From Mitosporidium daphniae (Eukaryota), in assembly GCF_000760515.2 (NCBI RefSeq), contig NW_013546623.1, positions 1 through 58,615 of the forward strand: 58,615 nucleotides of DNA, written 5' to 3'. The notes under the pieces are model-generated. The model was given only the letters and a program-made list of their open reading frames with translations. It was not told the DNA's origin and ran no database searches. Within the stretch, counting starts at the first letter, position 1. Every line of letters starts with the position of its first letter. Made by a program: the position numbers and the translations under genes. Shown here one piece after another: positions 45,535-55,256 of this stretch.

Positions 45535-46854
45535 CTATGCTTCCGTAGCTGAAGGTCTGGGAGACCCAGCTCGATCAAAAAAAGCAACCAGACGCATCAA
45601 CGCCGTAGGCCTGTCGATCGGAACCAGGGGTGTCCATTTTACGACCTTTTTTGTGCACCCTCCTTCTTCTGCATAAATGTGCGTTCCCGCCTTTTGCATC
45701 TCCAGCATCAGGCGCGAGAGTGAAAGAGTCGAGTAGTAGAGCCAGAAAATCAGGCCGCCAACCATTGACCCGACACCCACATCGACCAGGTAGTTTGAAC
45801 GAGCAAAAAGCAAGCAATAGGCAACAATTCCGGCGATCAGGAATACTAGCAGACGTCCGAAAATCAATAGCAGCAAATTGCTGGAGAAATTAAGATTACA
45901 AAAGAAAAGTAGCAGCACCATTAGCAAGGCAGAAGATTCTGCAAAGATGAATGAGTGGCAGCACTCGGATGCGCCGAGGGACACTCGCAGGGTGCGGCTG
46001 ATCCATTCGCCGCTGGTAGCTGGGAAAAATGGCACACAAGCAGGGTTTTCGTTTTGAAAGACTGTCAGAGGAGTCATGGCAGCTTGCAACAAAATCACTA
46101 CCATCGACATCACCAAAAGATGAATCAGCTCACGCACAGAGCCTAATAATACGAAGGCCAGAATAGCCACACCCACAAAGGTGGTAAAAGTGAGCCATCT
46201 TGCAATGTTAATTGCAAGGGCGGTCTGTTCAACCCCAGGATACGGATTTTGAGTCTGCGGGAACACTGAACGAAACAGCAAATCGTCTAATAGGATGGAA
46301 AAGTGCGACGCCAACTGTGGATCCTCTGCGAGTTTTCCTCGATTTCCTGTTCCACCTAACTGAGGCACTAGCAGCGGTGTTGGAAACTCTGCACGCAACA
46401 GAGAGACCTTTTTGGAAACGTCATAGGAAGAGAAAGAGGGAAAGTATCCAGAAGGAAACCTTATACCTTGTAGGCGTTGAAAGAACGTACCAACGGCGAC
46501 CGGTTCGGAAGTGCTATTTTTAATTTCATTTGTATCCATTGGTGTATCGTCATGTCCAAGTGTAGAGGAGATATTCTCTTCGCTAAAGGAGGTAGAGTTT
46601 TCTCTAAATCTCATAACACCTGCATGTCCCGCTGTAAAAGATGTAGAAATGATGGCCATGGACCGAGAAAAATCCATCCAAGATTCCGAGTCAGTTACAT
46701 TGTAAAAGTATACCAAGGCTCTTACGTCAGTCCATACATGCACCGAGGACGCAATGAAGATGGAAACAAGCAAACATCCCACAGTGCAAAGAAGTGTGCC
46801 AATCGGGCGCCATGAAACTCCTGAGCAGTAGTGATGGAGCTCCAAATTGCGCAT
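45535..46854 (-). CDS. Divergent sphingomyelin-synthase-like membrane protein lacking the catalytic histidines
   Basis: LTVFQNENPACVP, CCHSFIFAES and ARSNYLVDV line up with LTILPPGSLACVP, CCYDFMYSGH and SRLHYSIDV of the 20192-21548 gene. Confidence 0.7.
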   Translation of the reverse strand: MRNLELHHYCSGVSWRPIGTLLCTVGCLLVSIFIASSVHVWTDVRALVYFYNVTDSESWMDFSRSMAIISTSFTAGHAGVMRFRENSTSFSEENISSTLGHDDTPMDTNEIKNSTSEPVAVGTFFQRLQGIRFPSGYFPSFSSYDVSKKVSLLRAEFPTPLLVPQLGGTGNRGKLAEDPQLASHFSILLDDLLFRSVFPQTQNPYPGVEQTALAINIARWLTFTTFVGVAILAFVLLGSVRELIHLLVMSMVVILLQAAMTPLTVFQNENPACVPFFPATSGEWISRTLRVSLGASECCHSFIFAESSALLMVLLLFFCNLNFSSNLLLLIFGRLLVFLIAGIVAYCLLFARSNYLVDVGVGSMVGGLIFWLYYSTLSLSRLMLEMQKAGTHIYAEEGGCTKKVVKWTPLVPIDRPTALMRLVAFFDRAGSPRPSATEA

Positions 46855-47738
46855 TTGAATTTGAAAAAGACAGATTGATGGGATCACCAATTTAATTACA
46901 GACAGGTGTTTCAATGGCAGCTTTTGAAAGCTACACACTGCAAAGGTCAAAGAGGCAAGCGGTTCAACCAGCTTATTAGCTTTAATTCCATTATGTACCG
47001 ACGGGCTTCAAGATCGACTATTGGTCCATCGATGGCAGTGGCATCCCCAATTTGTTCGGCCAGGATAGATAGCACCACCCGATTTCAAGAGCTCTAAAAC
47101 GATTTGAATAAGAATCCAAAGTTTGGCCCTTGGATAGGCTGAAAAATAGGCATCACGAGCATTATCAGTGATTTTGAGAAACCAAAATCCACACGGTCAT
47201 GTAAGCCTTGCAAAAGAGGGCACTAGTAAATATTTAAGAAGAAATTTCAGCTTTACTGGCTGATGTGCTGCTAGAAATCGATAAATCACACCGCGTTACG
47301 CCGCTTGCTGACCCAGATGTGCCTTAAAAAATTGTGCTTCGTATCAATAATTTGGCAGTTTGGAAGCCCATTTTTCATCGCTTTGCAAGATTACTTTTTG
47401 AATAGCGGCGAGTTAAACCAAGGCACAAAAGCTATTGATAACTCGCTATTTTAATTTTCGCTACCAAGGCTCCGTCTTTATGGAGATATCGCTATCTATG
47501 TCAAAACCCTTGCTTTTGGCTTTCAAGATGTTCTGCTTGTAGTAATTTGAGCAAAAGCTATAGTGGGCCTTGCGAAAGGAAATGGGTACTCGCCGTTGAG
47601 CAAGATCAATTTATTCGCTTTTGGGAAGCACAAAATCCGCAAGCACCTCAACTAATGTACGTGTCAATTAGGCTTTCCCCTAAAAGTGCACATGAATTTT
47701 TTCCCTACTTTTGTTTTACAAGAACAATAGGGTCGCCA

Positions 47739-48815
47739 ATGAGTAGCTTGAAAAATTTGCCAAATCGATTTCAACTTTGCCAAGTTGCAGTAAATTGAAA
47801 AGAATGCACGCTTTTTTGTAGGGCACCACCATGCAACTAGTAGCCCGTAGATATTTGTCTGCCATCCCGACGGGGCAGACAAAATTCACCGATTTTGGAT
47901 ATAAAAGAATACCCATCGAAGAAAAGGCAACTCTAGGTTTGTAACTTGTTGCTGAGCCATAGTTTCAAAGGTCTTTGAAAGCATTGCAGATCGCTATGAT
48001 ATCATGAATGACGTGATGAGCATGGGGCTGCATCGATGTTGGAAACGCAGACTGGTTTCTATTCTTTCACCACGTCCTGGAATGCGCATGTTGGACGTGG
48101 CCGGCGGCACAGGTATGAAATTTTATTGCTCATCGCCATCAATGTAGGTAGGCTCGCTTCAAAATGACGATGTCCTAGGCGACGTTACATTCAAGTTCCT
48201 TTTGGAATATCGAAAAAGATTCCCTATCAGCAGCGCAGAGAGTCCACGAGTCACAATTGTTGATATAAATCCGGCAATGCTGGAAGTCGGCCAGAAGCGA
48301 GCCACAAACATGCTGCCCACCGACCTTCGTATATTTCCGATCCTTGAACCATAGAGCATCTTATTGAGTGGCGATGCGCTGATGCGGAGCAGCTGACCCA
48401 ATCCACCTCCAAAGGGCCCGGTGTACCGGCAGCAGCCTTCGATGCATATACGATTGCATTCGGGATTCGAAACTGCACATCGATAGAAAAAGTACTCGCA
48501 CAGGCCCATCGTACACTTGTCCCTGGAGGGTTGCTTGCCGTGTTAGAGTTTTCGCCTCAGCTTGAAACAAATGGGACGCTAGGTGCCATCTTTCAGAATG
48601 TTTATGATCTATACTCCACATATGGAATCCCTGCTTTGGGTACCCTTATCGGTGGGAATAGGGAGCCGTATCAGTATCTTATCGAGTCTATCAGGAAGTT
48701 TCCAACAAATGAGACCTTTGCCACAATGATCGAGGCGGCTGGGTTTTCGCACGTACATGTAGAGACACTTGCAGGTGGTATCTGTGCCATTCATACTGCT
48801 GTCAAGCTTCAGTGA
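47739..48815 (+). CDS. COQ5: Ubiquinone biosynthesis C-methyltransferase (UbiE/COQ5), multi-exon
   Basis: [86 protein letters not shown]; start may instead be ATG 47831. Confidence 0.92.
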
Positions 48816-49010
48816 AGCGTGTGCCACCCATTTCGATAAATCGATGTACTAATGTGTGTATCAGTTTCAACAGAGCAGCTATTTTACAAACAATGAGCCT
48901 GATTTTGAATTGAAAGATCGAGCTGACTCGAATACAAATAGTGTCCGTTTCGAGAAGGTCTTAATGGTAACGATTGGCGTGTGGTGTCAAGGGTGCGGCT
49001 AAAAAGGCTT

Positions 49011-50053
49011 TCATCCGGCTGGGAAGCATCTTGAACTCCGCTTTCGTTTAACAGCGGTACCTTTAGAGATGCAGCCCTGCATTTCTGTAGTACATGTAGA
49101 CAAAAAATGCGCTCCTTCTTTTAATATATACAGTGGCTTAGCAGGTGGAGTGAGTGGACTGAGTGGACTGAGTGGAGCGAGTATAGTGAGTGAAGGTGCA
49201 TTTATGACTTGGGTTAGCAAAGGGGAGCTCAAGTCAAACTTGTGGCTCAGAGAAGACCCTGCAAAGCTACTAGTATTGATACCTCGGTCATTATCAACCA
49301 GTCGTTTGACACTACAGACTAGGGTATTACTGGAAATTAACTGACCACTTGCGATAGATTCGCAATAGGCGGTACTTGGGGTGGACTTGACTAGGGCAAG
49401 ATCTTCATATTCGCGCTGAAGATGAATGTTGAGGATTTTCCCGCTGGTCATCGAGTTCAGATCATTCACCTCGGTTCCGCTATTAATGATGAGGACAAGA
49501 ACCCGCTCCACGGAAAGAAGACCATCTGGAATAGAAAATGTAGCATATATGGATGGCGGCGAAAAAAACTTGCTTCCGCTTGCAAGTAACATCGACAAAA
49601 TCGTATTTGAGCACTGTGCAATAGCAAGCCATTGTTCATGGTCCATTGGCTCTGAGCATAATGCCTCTCCAAAGGAGGAAATATCACCGGAATAGGAAAA
49701 GCCCCCATAAGAAGACGTACTGCCAATGATTATGAGCTCAGTGGGTGCTGTTTTGCTTTTCAAGGGCATTTGGTCATTATATAAAAGAGGCATGATCCGC
49801 GGGTGGGGATGGGTGTATTTCTGCAACGATAAATACCTATGTATGAACAAAGTACACCCCACCTGTGCCGGGCAAGGAAAGGTTGGACGGGGTCCATGGA
49901 CTCTTCTTCGTAATCAAATGAACAGGCATCCAAGCTTGGCCGGTCAAAGCTGGCCGCTCCGTGTGCACATTCATCTTCAGAAGAACAGTCGTGGTCATGC
50001 ACTAAATGCCTTCTTTTGTGTTCCAAGGAGCCCGCGCCGTGTACACATGCCAT
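49011..50053 (-). CDS. Hypothetical protein, possibly Erf4/Golgin-A7-like (2 exons)
   Basis: Long ORF plus an upstream exon joined by a 26-nt GTGGGG..CATAG intron; weak similarity pattern (PMDHEQWLAIAQCSNTIL). Confidence 0.4.
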
Positions 50054-50221
50054 AGCTTTGCGCTCCCGGTTTTTTGCGCCACAAGACATATGGGCGCAAC
50101 TCCGATTGGAAAATTAAAATAAATTGCACATTTTATTGATGTGAGGTGGACCTTTTTCTAAAGCAATGCAGACATCCCCTGCGTGCATCGGTCCCGGCCA
50201 TAAAACAGGAACTAGGGTATT

Positions 50222-51955
50222 TCAATCAGAATCAGAACCATGATCATCGTCTTCGTCCTCCGAATATCTGCCTCCATATGACTTGTGTGCAGGCGAAGCC
50301 TGTGAGGCCGACCCCTTCATCGCCATTTTACATTGGCGTACATATCGTATGAGTGCATGTAGAGTGGCCAGAGAGAGCGTGTCAACATCAAGCTCGATCT
50401 CGCCATTTTCTGCTTCGTTCCGCAGATTCGGCATCGACTCGTTAATGATTTCCAAGACTTTTCCCAGCCGCTCTGGAGGCAAATCGTTGATATCAAGCGA
50501 AAGCTGGCGCTTTTCTTCAAATGTCAACGGCTTGAGCGATGTGGTGGAAGTTGGCTTTTGCTTTTTTGCCGGAAATCCAGAGTTACTTGTGGCGGACGGT
50601 GCCGGCGCAGGGGTCGCTCTTCGTTTTGATTGGTTTGAATGCGGACGCTTACTCCGTGCCTTTCCATGGGACATCAGTTCCTTGATTTCTTCCTGTAATT
50701 GCTGAATTTGGGCTGTTTTGGCTGAAATAATGGATGCGGTCTCTTCGTCAAGCTCTGCATCATCCCCGCTATCAAAATCAATTGAAGAAATTGCAGCTGC
50801 AGAAGCAGATGCATGCAGCGATGGCCGGTTGGCCCACTTTTCATTGAATACCTTTTCAACAGCCCGGCAGAGCTTGACGACTTCCGAGTCTGGGGCATTG
50901 TAGAGGTAGCAATTTGAAAAAACCAATCGAACATCAGACTCAAATTCAGAGGCTGTCAAGTAAGACTTTGCTTCAAGCTTTCTTTTGACTGTCCCCAAAT
51001 CCATTGGGGTTTTGATGATTTTTAGGTAATCTGGAATGCCTAGAGCAACCGGATCAACAGGCTGCAAAAATGGCCACGAGACTGGCGAGATTTTCTTGGA
51101 CCAAAAATCTCTAGCAACCACCAGAGCATATCTAAGATCATCAGCATCGTTTCCCGATATCGATGAGGGCGATGCATTGGAGGTAGATGCAGATCTGCGT
51201 CGTGGTAATTCTGTAATTGAGGCGCGACGGCTGGGCGAATCTGATGATGGGTTATTTACAGTGACATCTGAGATCGGTCCTCCAGGGCCTGCCGCTCCTG
51301 TCGGCATTTTCTTCATCATGGAGTCAAACGATTTTTCCAGGTTCTTTCCCATTGAATATACTGGATTATCTGGCCGGTTGTAAGTGTAGCAATTGGAAAA
51401 CACAAACCCGACATCTGATGTCCATTCATCCAATGTGGAATATGAGCCTGCTGTAAGCTTGTTGGTAATGGTTCCAAAGTCCATCGGCTGTTTAATGACA
51501 TCCAAGTAATCTGGTATTTGGAGTGCGATCGGATCAACTGGCTGGTTGAAAGGAAATGAATCTCTATGCCTTTTAAGCGTCTTCATGATCTGCATGCAGT
51601 ATTTCAACTGTTCCTTGAATAGCGGGGTTTTAGGCGGCATAGTATCTATAGCTGGCGGTACTGGTGACTTTGGTTCGTGTTTCTTTTCATTATCTGCGTT
51701 ATGCAAATGAAAATCTTTTTTTAGGCAAGATTCAAGGACAACACTCGAGAAAATATCCATTGAAGTCTTTGCGGCATTTTTTCCGGACCCCAAATCGTTG
51801 CTGCTGGTGTCCACTGTGGCATATGATGTTGATCCATCCTCTTTTTGTTCTATGGTATTTTCTGTGACTGAGATGGCAGATTCCAACTCATCTTCCCTAA
51901 GAGAGGATGTGGTTGAAGACACTGGAGAAAGGGGAGAGTCTGGAGAATCTGGCAT
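50222..51955 (-). CDS. BDF1: BET-family double bromodomain + ET protein
   Basis: Two PF.QPVDP.AL.IPDY..IIK.PMD..T motifs with SNCY.YN; ET domain LTFEEKRQLSLDINDLP...EIELDVDTL. Confidence 0.95.
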   Translation of the reverse strand: MPDSPDSPLSPVSSTTSSLREDELESAISVTENTIEQKEDGSTSYATVDTSSNDLGSGKNAAKTSMDIFSSVVLESCLKKDFHLHNADNEKKHEPKSPVPPAIDTMPPKTPLFKEQLKYCMQIMKTLKRHRDSFPFNQPVDPIALQIPDYLDVIKQPMDFGTITNKLTAGSYSTLDEWTSDVGFVFSNCYTYNRPDNPVYSMGKNLEKSFDSMMKKMPTGAAGPGGPISDVTVNNPSSDSPSRRASITELPRRRSASTSNASPSSISGNDADDLRYALVVARDFWSKKISPVSWPFLQPVDPVALGIPDYLKIIKTPMDLGTVKRKLEAKSYLTASEFESDVRLVFSNCYLYNAPDSEVVKLCRAVEKVFNEKWANRPSLHASASAAAISSIDFDSGDDAELDEETASIISAKTAQIQQLQEEIKELMSHGKARSKRPHSNQSKRRATPAPAPSATSNSGFPAKKQKPTSTTSLKPLTFEEKRQLSLDINDLPPERLGKVLEIINESMPNLRNEAENGEIELDVDTLSLATLHALIRYVRQCKMAMKGSASQASPAHKSYGGRYSEDEDDDHGSDSD

Positions 51956-52323
51956 GAGGAAAATTTAATTAAAACTTCAAAAATTAAATTTGCGAAATGC
52001 AACAAAAAAATTTGGCTGCCTTCTGCTTCTTGTTGGTATTTATAGGTCCACCGAAAAGGCGGGAAAATTAGCACCGGAGTGTGTAACCTTTTAATTTTTA
52101 AAGTTTTAAATTTACTCGTCCACATGACGCAGATCAGCCATCACATTAGGGCAAACATGGCAAGATATTGTATAAAAGGTGCCGGATCTTGGTTTTGTTA
52201 CGTATCAACGACTTTCAACCAAAGAGGCTCGTTAACTAGGGTCGATATACTTGAATTTTAAAATAATTTTAATTGTTCGCATAAATACTGTCAATTCTCC
52301 AAGATTACATGTCAGTGTGCCCC

Positions 52324-53626
52324 ATGTCGTCCTATAATTATCATCTGGGCAGCATTATAAAAACAATCTTCAATTTTCATGATCGGATTAATCTATTCGT
52401 TAATTCAGCCATCAGTTCCATTAAATCGTGGAAGCGGGCTCTTTTTCGTGTTGTCTCTGACGGTGAGATTGGTGGCGTCCAAAAGAGACCCTTGATTATC
52501 AATGGAATGCTGTTGATATCAATTCTTTGTATTTTATCATTTATTTTAAGTATTCTTTCTAATAATGGTGGCATATCAAAATCAGGTGTGGAAATTGAGC
52601 AAGAAATTGATCCAAATGATGCCAAAAACGGAGCTGAAACACTTTCTGCAGACCCTTTTACCCTATTTCACGTTGTGACTGGCAAATATTGCATTCCAAA
52701 AATTTCCAATGCCCTTACAACATATAGGCAAATGGATTGCGGAGAGGATGCCTTTAAGGTCAGACAGTCTGATGATGGCACATCCTGGATCATCGGTAAC
52801 TGGCTTTTCGTAATTTGTAGCCGTGGCCGATGGCGTGGGCGGATGGGCAAGTAAAGGGATCGATTCATCTACTTATTCCTGGGCGCTAGTAGACTGTCTT
52901 ACATCCGAATTCTACTCAAAAGATGAATATCGCCACTTGACGCCGAAAAAGCTGCTAGTAAATTGCGTGAATTCAATTCAAAATTCTTACAAGACACAAC
53001 TGTACAGTGATCCGGTGAATGCTTTTAAAATTGACGGAAGCTCGACGGCCGTTGTTTTAAAAATCAATTGCGAAAGACCCAACAGTTGTGATTTATTTGC
53101 CGCCAACTTGGGCGATTCTGGATTTGTTGTTTATAAGTTGGCGGATACCGATTCCAAATGGGTGGAGGTCATGCGATCAGTTGAGCAGCAGCATTCATTC
53201 AACTTCCCATTTCAAGCTGCAGCAAATCCATCTCTGGGAGATTCGCCGGCTAATGCTGAGGAGTATGGAATGACATTTGAGGAGAGGTCCTCATATCTTG
53301 CACTAGTTGCTTCAGACGGGCTTTTTGACAATCTATTTCGCGACGAAATTTTGGACATTTTGAATGGACACACTTCCAACATTACGTCCATGGTATTACA
53401 TTCACTTTCAAAAGAGTTGGCAGAGAAATCGATTTTGGTCGGAAATAGCCGCACCGTTTGCGGGCCTTTTTGTAAAAATGCCCAAGCTCACGGATACAAA
53501 TTTTCCGGGGGGTACCTGGGAGAATACGTTGGAGGGTACATGGATAACATTTCGCTAACCAAATCTAGGAAACTTGATGACACCTCAATAGTCCTTGCAT
53601 ACATATCAATTGACAGCCCCAAATAG
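52324..53626 (+). CDS. PTC7: PTC7-type PP2C protein phosphatase, spliced
   Basis: CGEDAF, AVADGVGGW, GSSTA, AANLGDSGF, EQQHSFNFPFQ, VASDGLFDNLF, GG|KLDD; 25-nt intron near 52796-52820; start at ATG 52309 or 52324. Confidence 0.9.
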
Positions 53627-54113
53627 GCATGCATGCACATGTGCATGTACGGATTAGCTACCGCAAATAAATTCTTTATTATTATGCACATTACGCATCA
53701 ATTACGGGATTAATTTAGGGCATGGTGAGCGTCATTTCCTGGAGAGGGGGCATGCAGTGACCTGCTTTTGCGCTCGCGGTCCAAGTGATTGGAAAGCCTC
53801 GCAAAAGCCCCACCCAGAGTAGGATCTGCTCGAAATAAAAAGGAAACTAAACGACATCAAGGGGTATGCATCCTTAAGTGTTTAAAACAACCTCATATTA
53901 TATCTCAATATGAGGATGAAGTGGCAAAACACATAAATACCACTTGTACATTCTGTAATTTAGGGTTAGACATCCGGCCTGTAGCAAGAACAAAGCTCGG
54001 AGAAGGAAACACCAAAAAATGTCGGAAACCGCTAAATTGAAAAGGGAGGGAAAATTGCATATCTGACAAGATGTAAATTAAAAGTTCAACTTTGGTTTCG
54101 ATTTTAATTTAAA

Positions 54114-54755
54114 ATGACTTCTCCAGACAAAAAGGATGGCAGTCAAGATTCATCAACTTTTTTTGAACCATGCTCTTCTTTTTTCGAGTCAAGCTCTTCT
54201 TTTTTCGAATCAAGCTCTTCTTTTTTCAAACCAGGCTCTTCTTTTTGCGCGCCAGAGAATGGCGAATTAATTAACACGGAGGAGAAACAGCCTTATTCCA
54301 ATCAGTTTTTATCCAAGTTGCTTTCCAAGTACTTTTTGGACCCGTTATTATTATACCAAACATCTAAACAGGCCGCATTGAAAACTCCAAGATATTCAAT
54401 ATATTTACCACACGACTCGCTTGTTGCAAGGGAGGTAACTCCATCTCAAAACATCGATATTTCCACGATAAAAAAACAGAATTTTCAAAGCTCTACTGAT
54501 TGCCATCAGTACTTTGATTATTCTGTGGATTCGCCTTTCGGCCACTATGATGAATATCCTAGGGACTATAATTCACGATCAGAGACTTCCCAAGCATCTA
54601 TTCCATTAAAGGCGCTCTTTTTTGCCATCAGTGTGCCGACATTCGCAATTCTGATTGTGTTTTCCTTTTCTTATCTTTCCTTTGAAGGGGAGAAGATAAA
54701 TGCTCTTAAGGAGCTTCTAAAAGAGTGGAATGCTCTGGAATCCAATGGAGCTTAG
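54114..54755 (+). CDS. Hypothetical protein with a C-terminal TM segment
   Basis: 213-aa ORF, AT tract before the ATG, TM ALFFAISVPTFAILIVFSFSYL. Confidence 0.55.
   Translation: MTSPDKKDGSQDSSTFFEPCSSFFESSSSFFESSSSFFKPGSSFCAPENGELINTEEKQPYSNQFLSKLLSKYFLDPLLLYQTSKQAALKTPRYSIYLPHDSLVAREVTPSQNIDISTIKKQNFQSSTDCHQYFDYSVDSPFGHYDEYPRDYNSRSETSQASIPLKALFFAISVPTFAILIVFSFSYLSFEGEKINALKELLKEWNALESNGA
54159..54245 (+). repeat. Coding 21-bp tandem repeat (FFE/KxxSS) x4
   Basis: TTTTT(T/C)(G/A)A.....GCTCTTCT units with a 21-bp period. Confidence 0.85.
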
Positions 54756-54849
54756 CATATATTCTTGTGATTTCGCTGTGTTTTATATTTTATTTGTTTT
54801 ATATACGGGGTCTTCCTTGATTATTGGAATCATATAACCATTGCGGGGG

Positions 54850-55131
54850 CTATGCGATAGCTAGTTGGTAGGCGCTCGTAACGCCAACTAGAATAATCTT
54901 TGAGAATAGTACCAACACTGTATGAATTAAGAAGGCACTATTGCTCAAGGTTTCAAGCAGAGGTTCTCCTTCGAATTTCCTCAGCGCCAAAAAAAACTTC
55001 AACAGCCTAATAAGCCCCTTTGTATCGCTAAAAATCCCCTCAATGGGGTTTAAAAATATCACCACCAGCAGAAAAACAAGCGGAACTATAACCGAGCATA
55101 TTTTCTCCCTTCTTGGCCGCTTCATCGCCAT
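54850..55131 (-). CDS. Small hydrophobic hypothetical protein
   Basis: 93-aa ORF with two hydrophobic segments, divergent from the NAA50-like gene across CCAAT-containing DNA. Confidence 0.4.
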   Translation of the reverse strand: MAMKRPRREKICSVIVPLVFLLVVIFLNPIEGIFSDTKGLIRLLKFFLALRKFEGEPLLETLSNSAFLIHTVLVLFSKIILVGVTSAYQLAIA

Positions 55132-55256
55132 GCAGCTTTAGCAATAAAACTCTATTTCTGATACTGCAATTGGCTGCAATTGTTTTCCTCCTCCAATCAG
55201 CTGCCATGTGCAGTTAATACAATTCATGTTAAATTAAACCCAAACAAATTAAATTA

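Noticed and set aside
46951..47738. Possible gene fragment (AVEQDQFIRFWEAQNP) in an 800-bp gap
   Set aside because: Too short and interrupted to assign; left unannotated.
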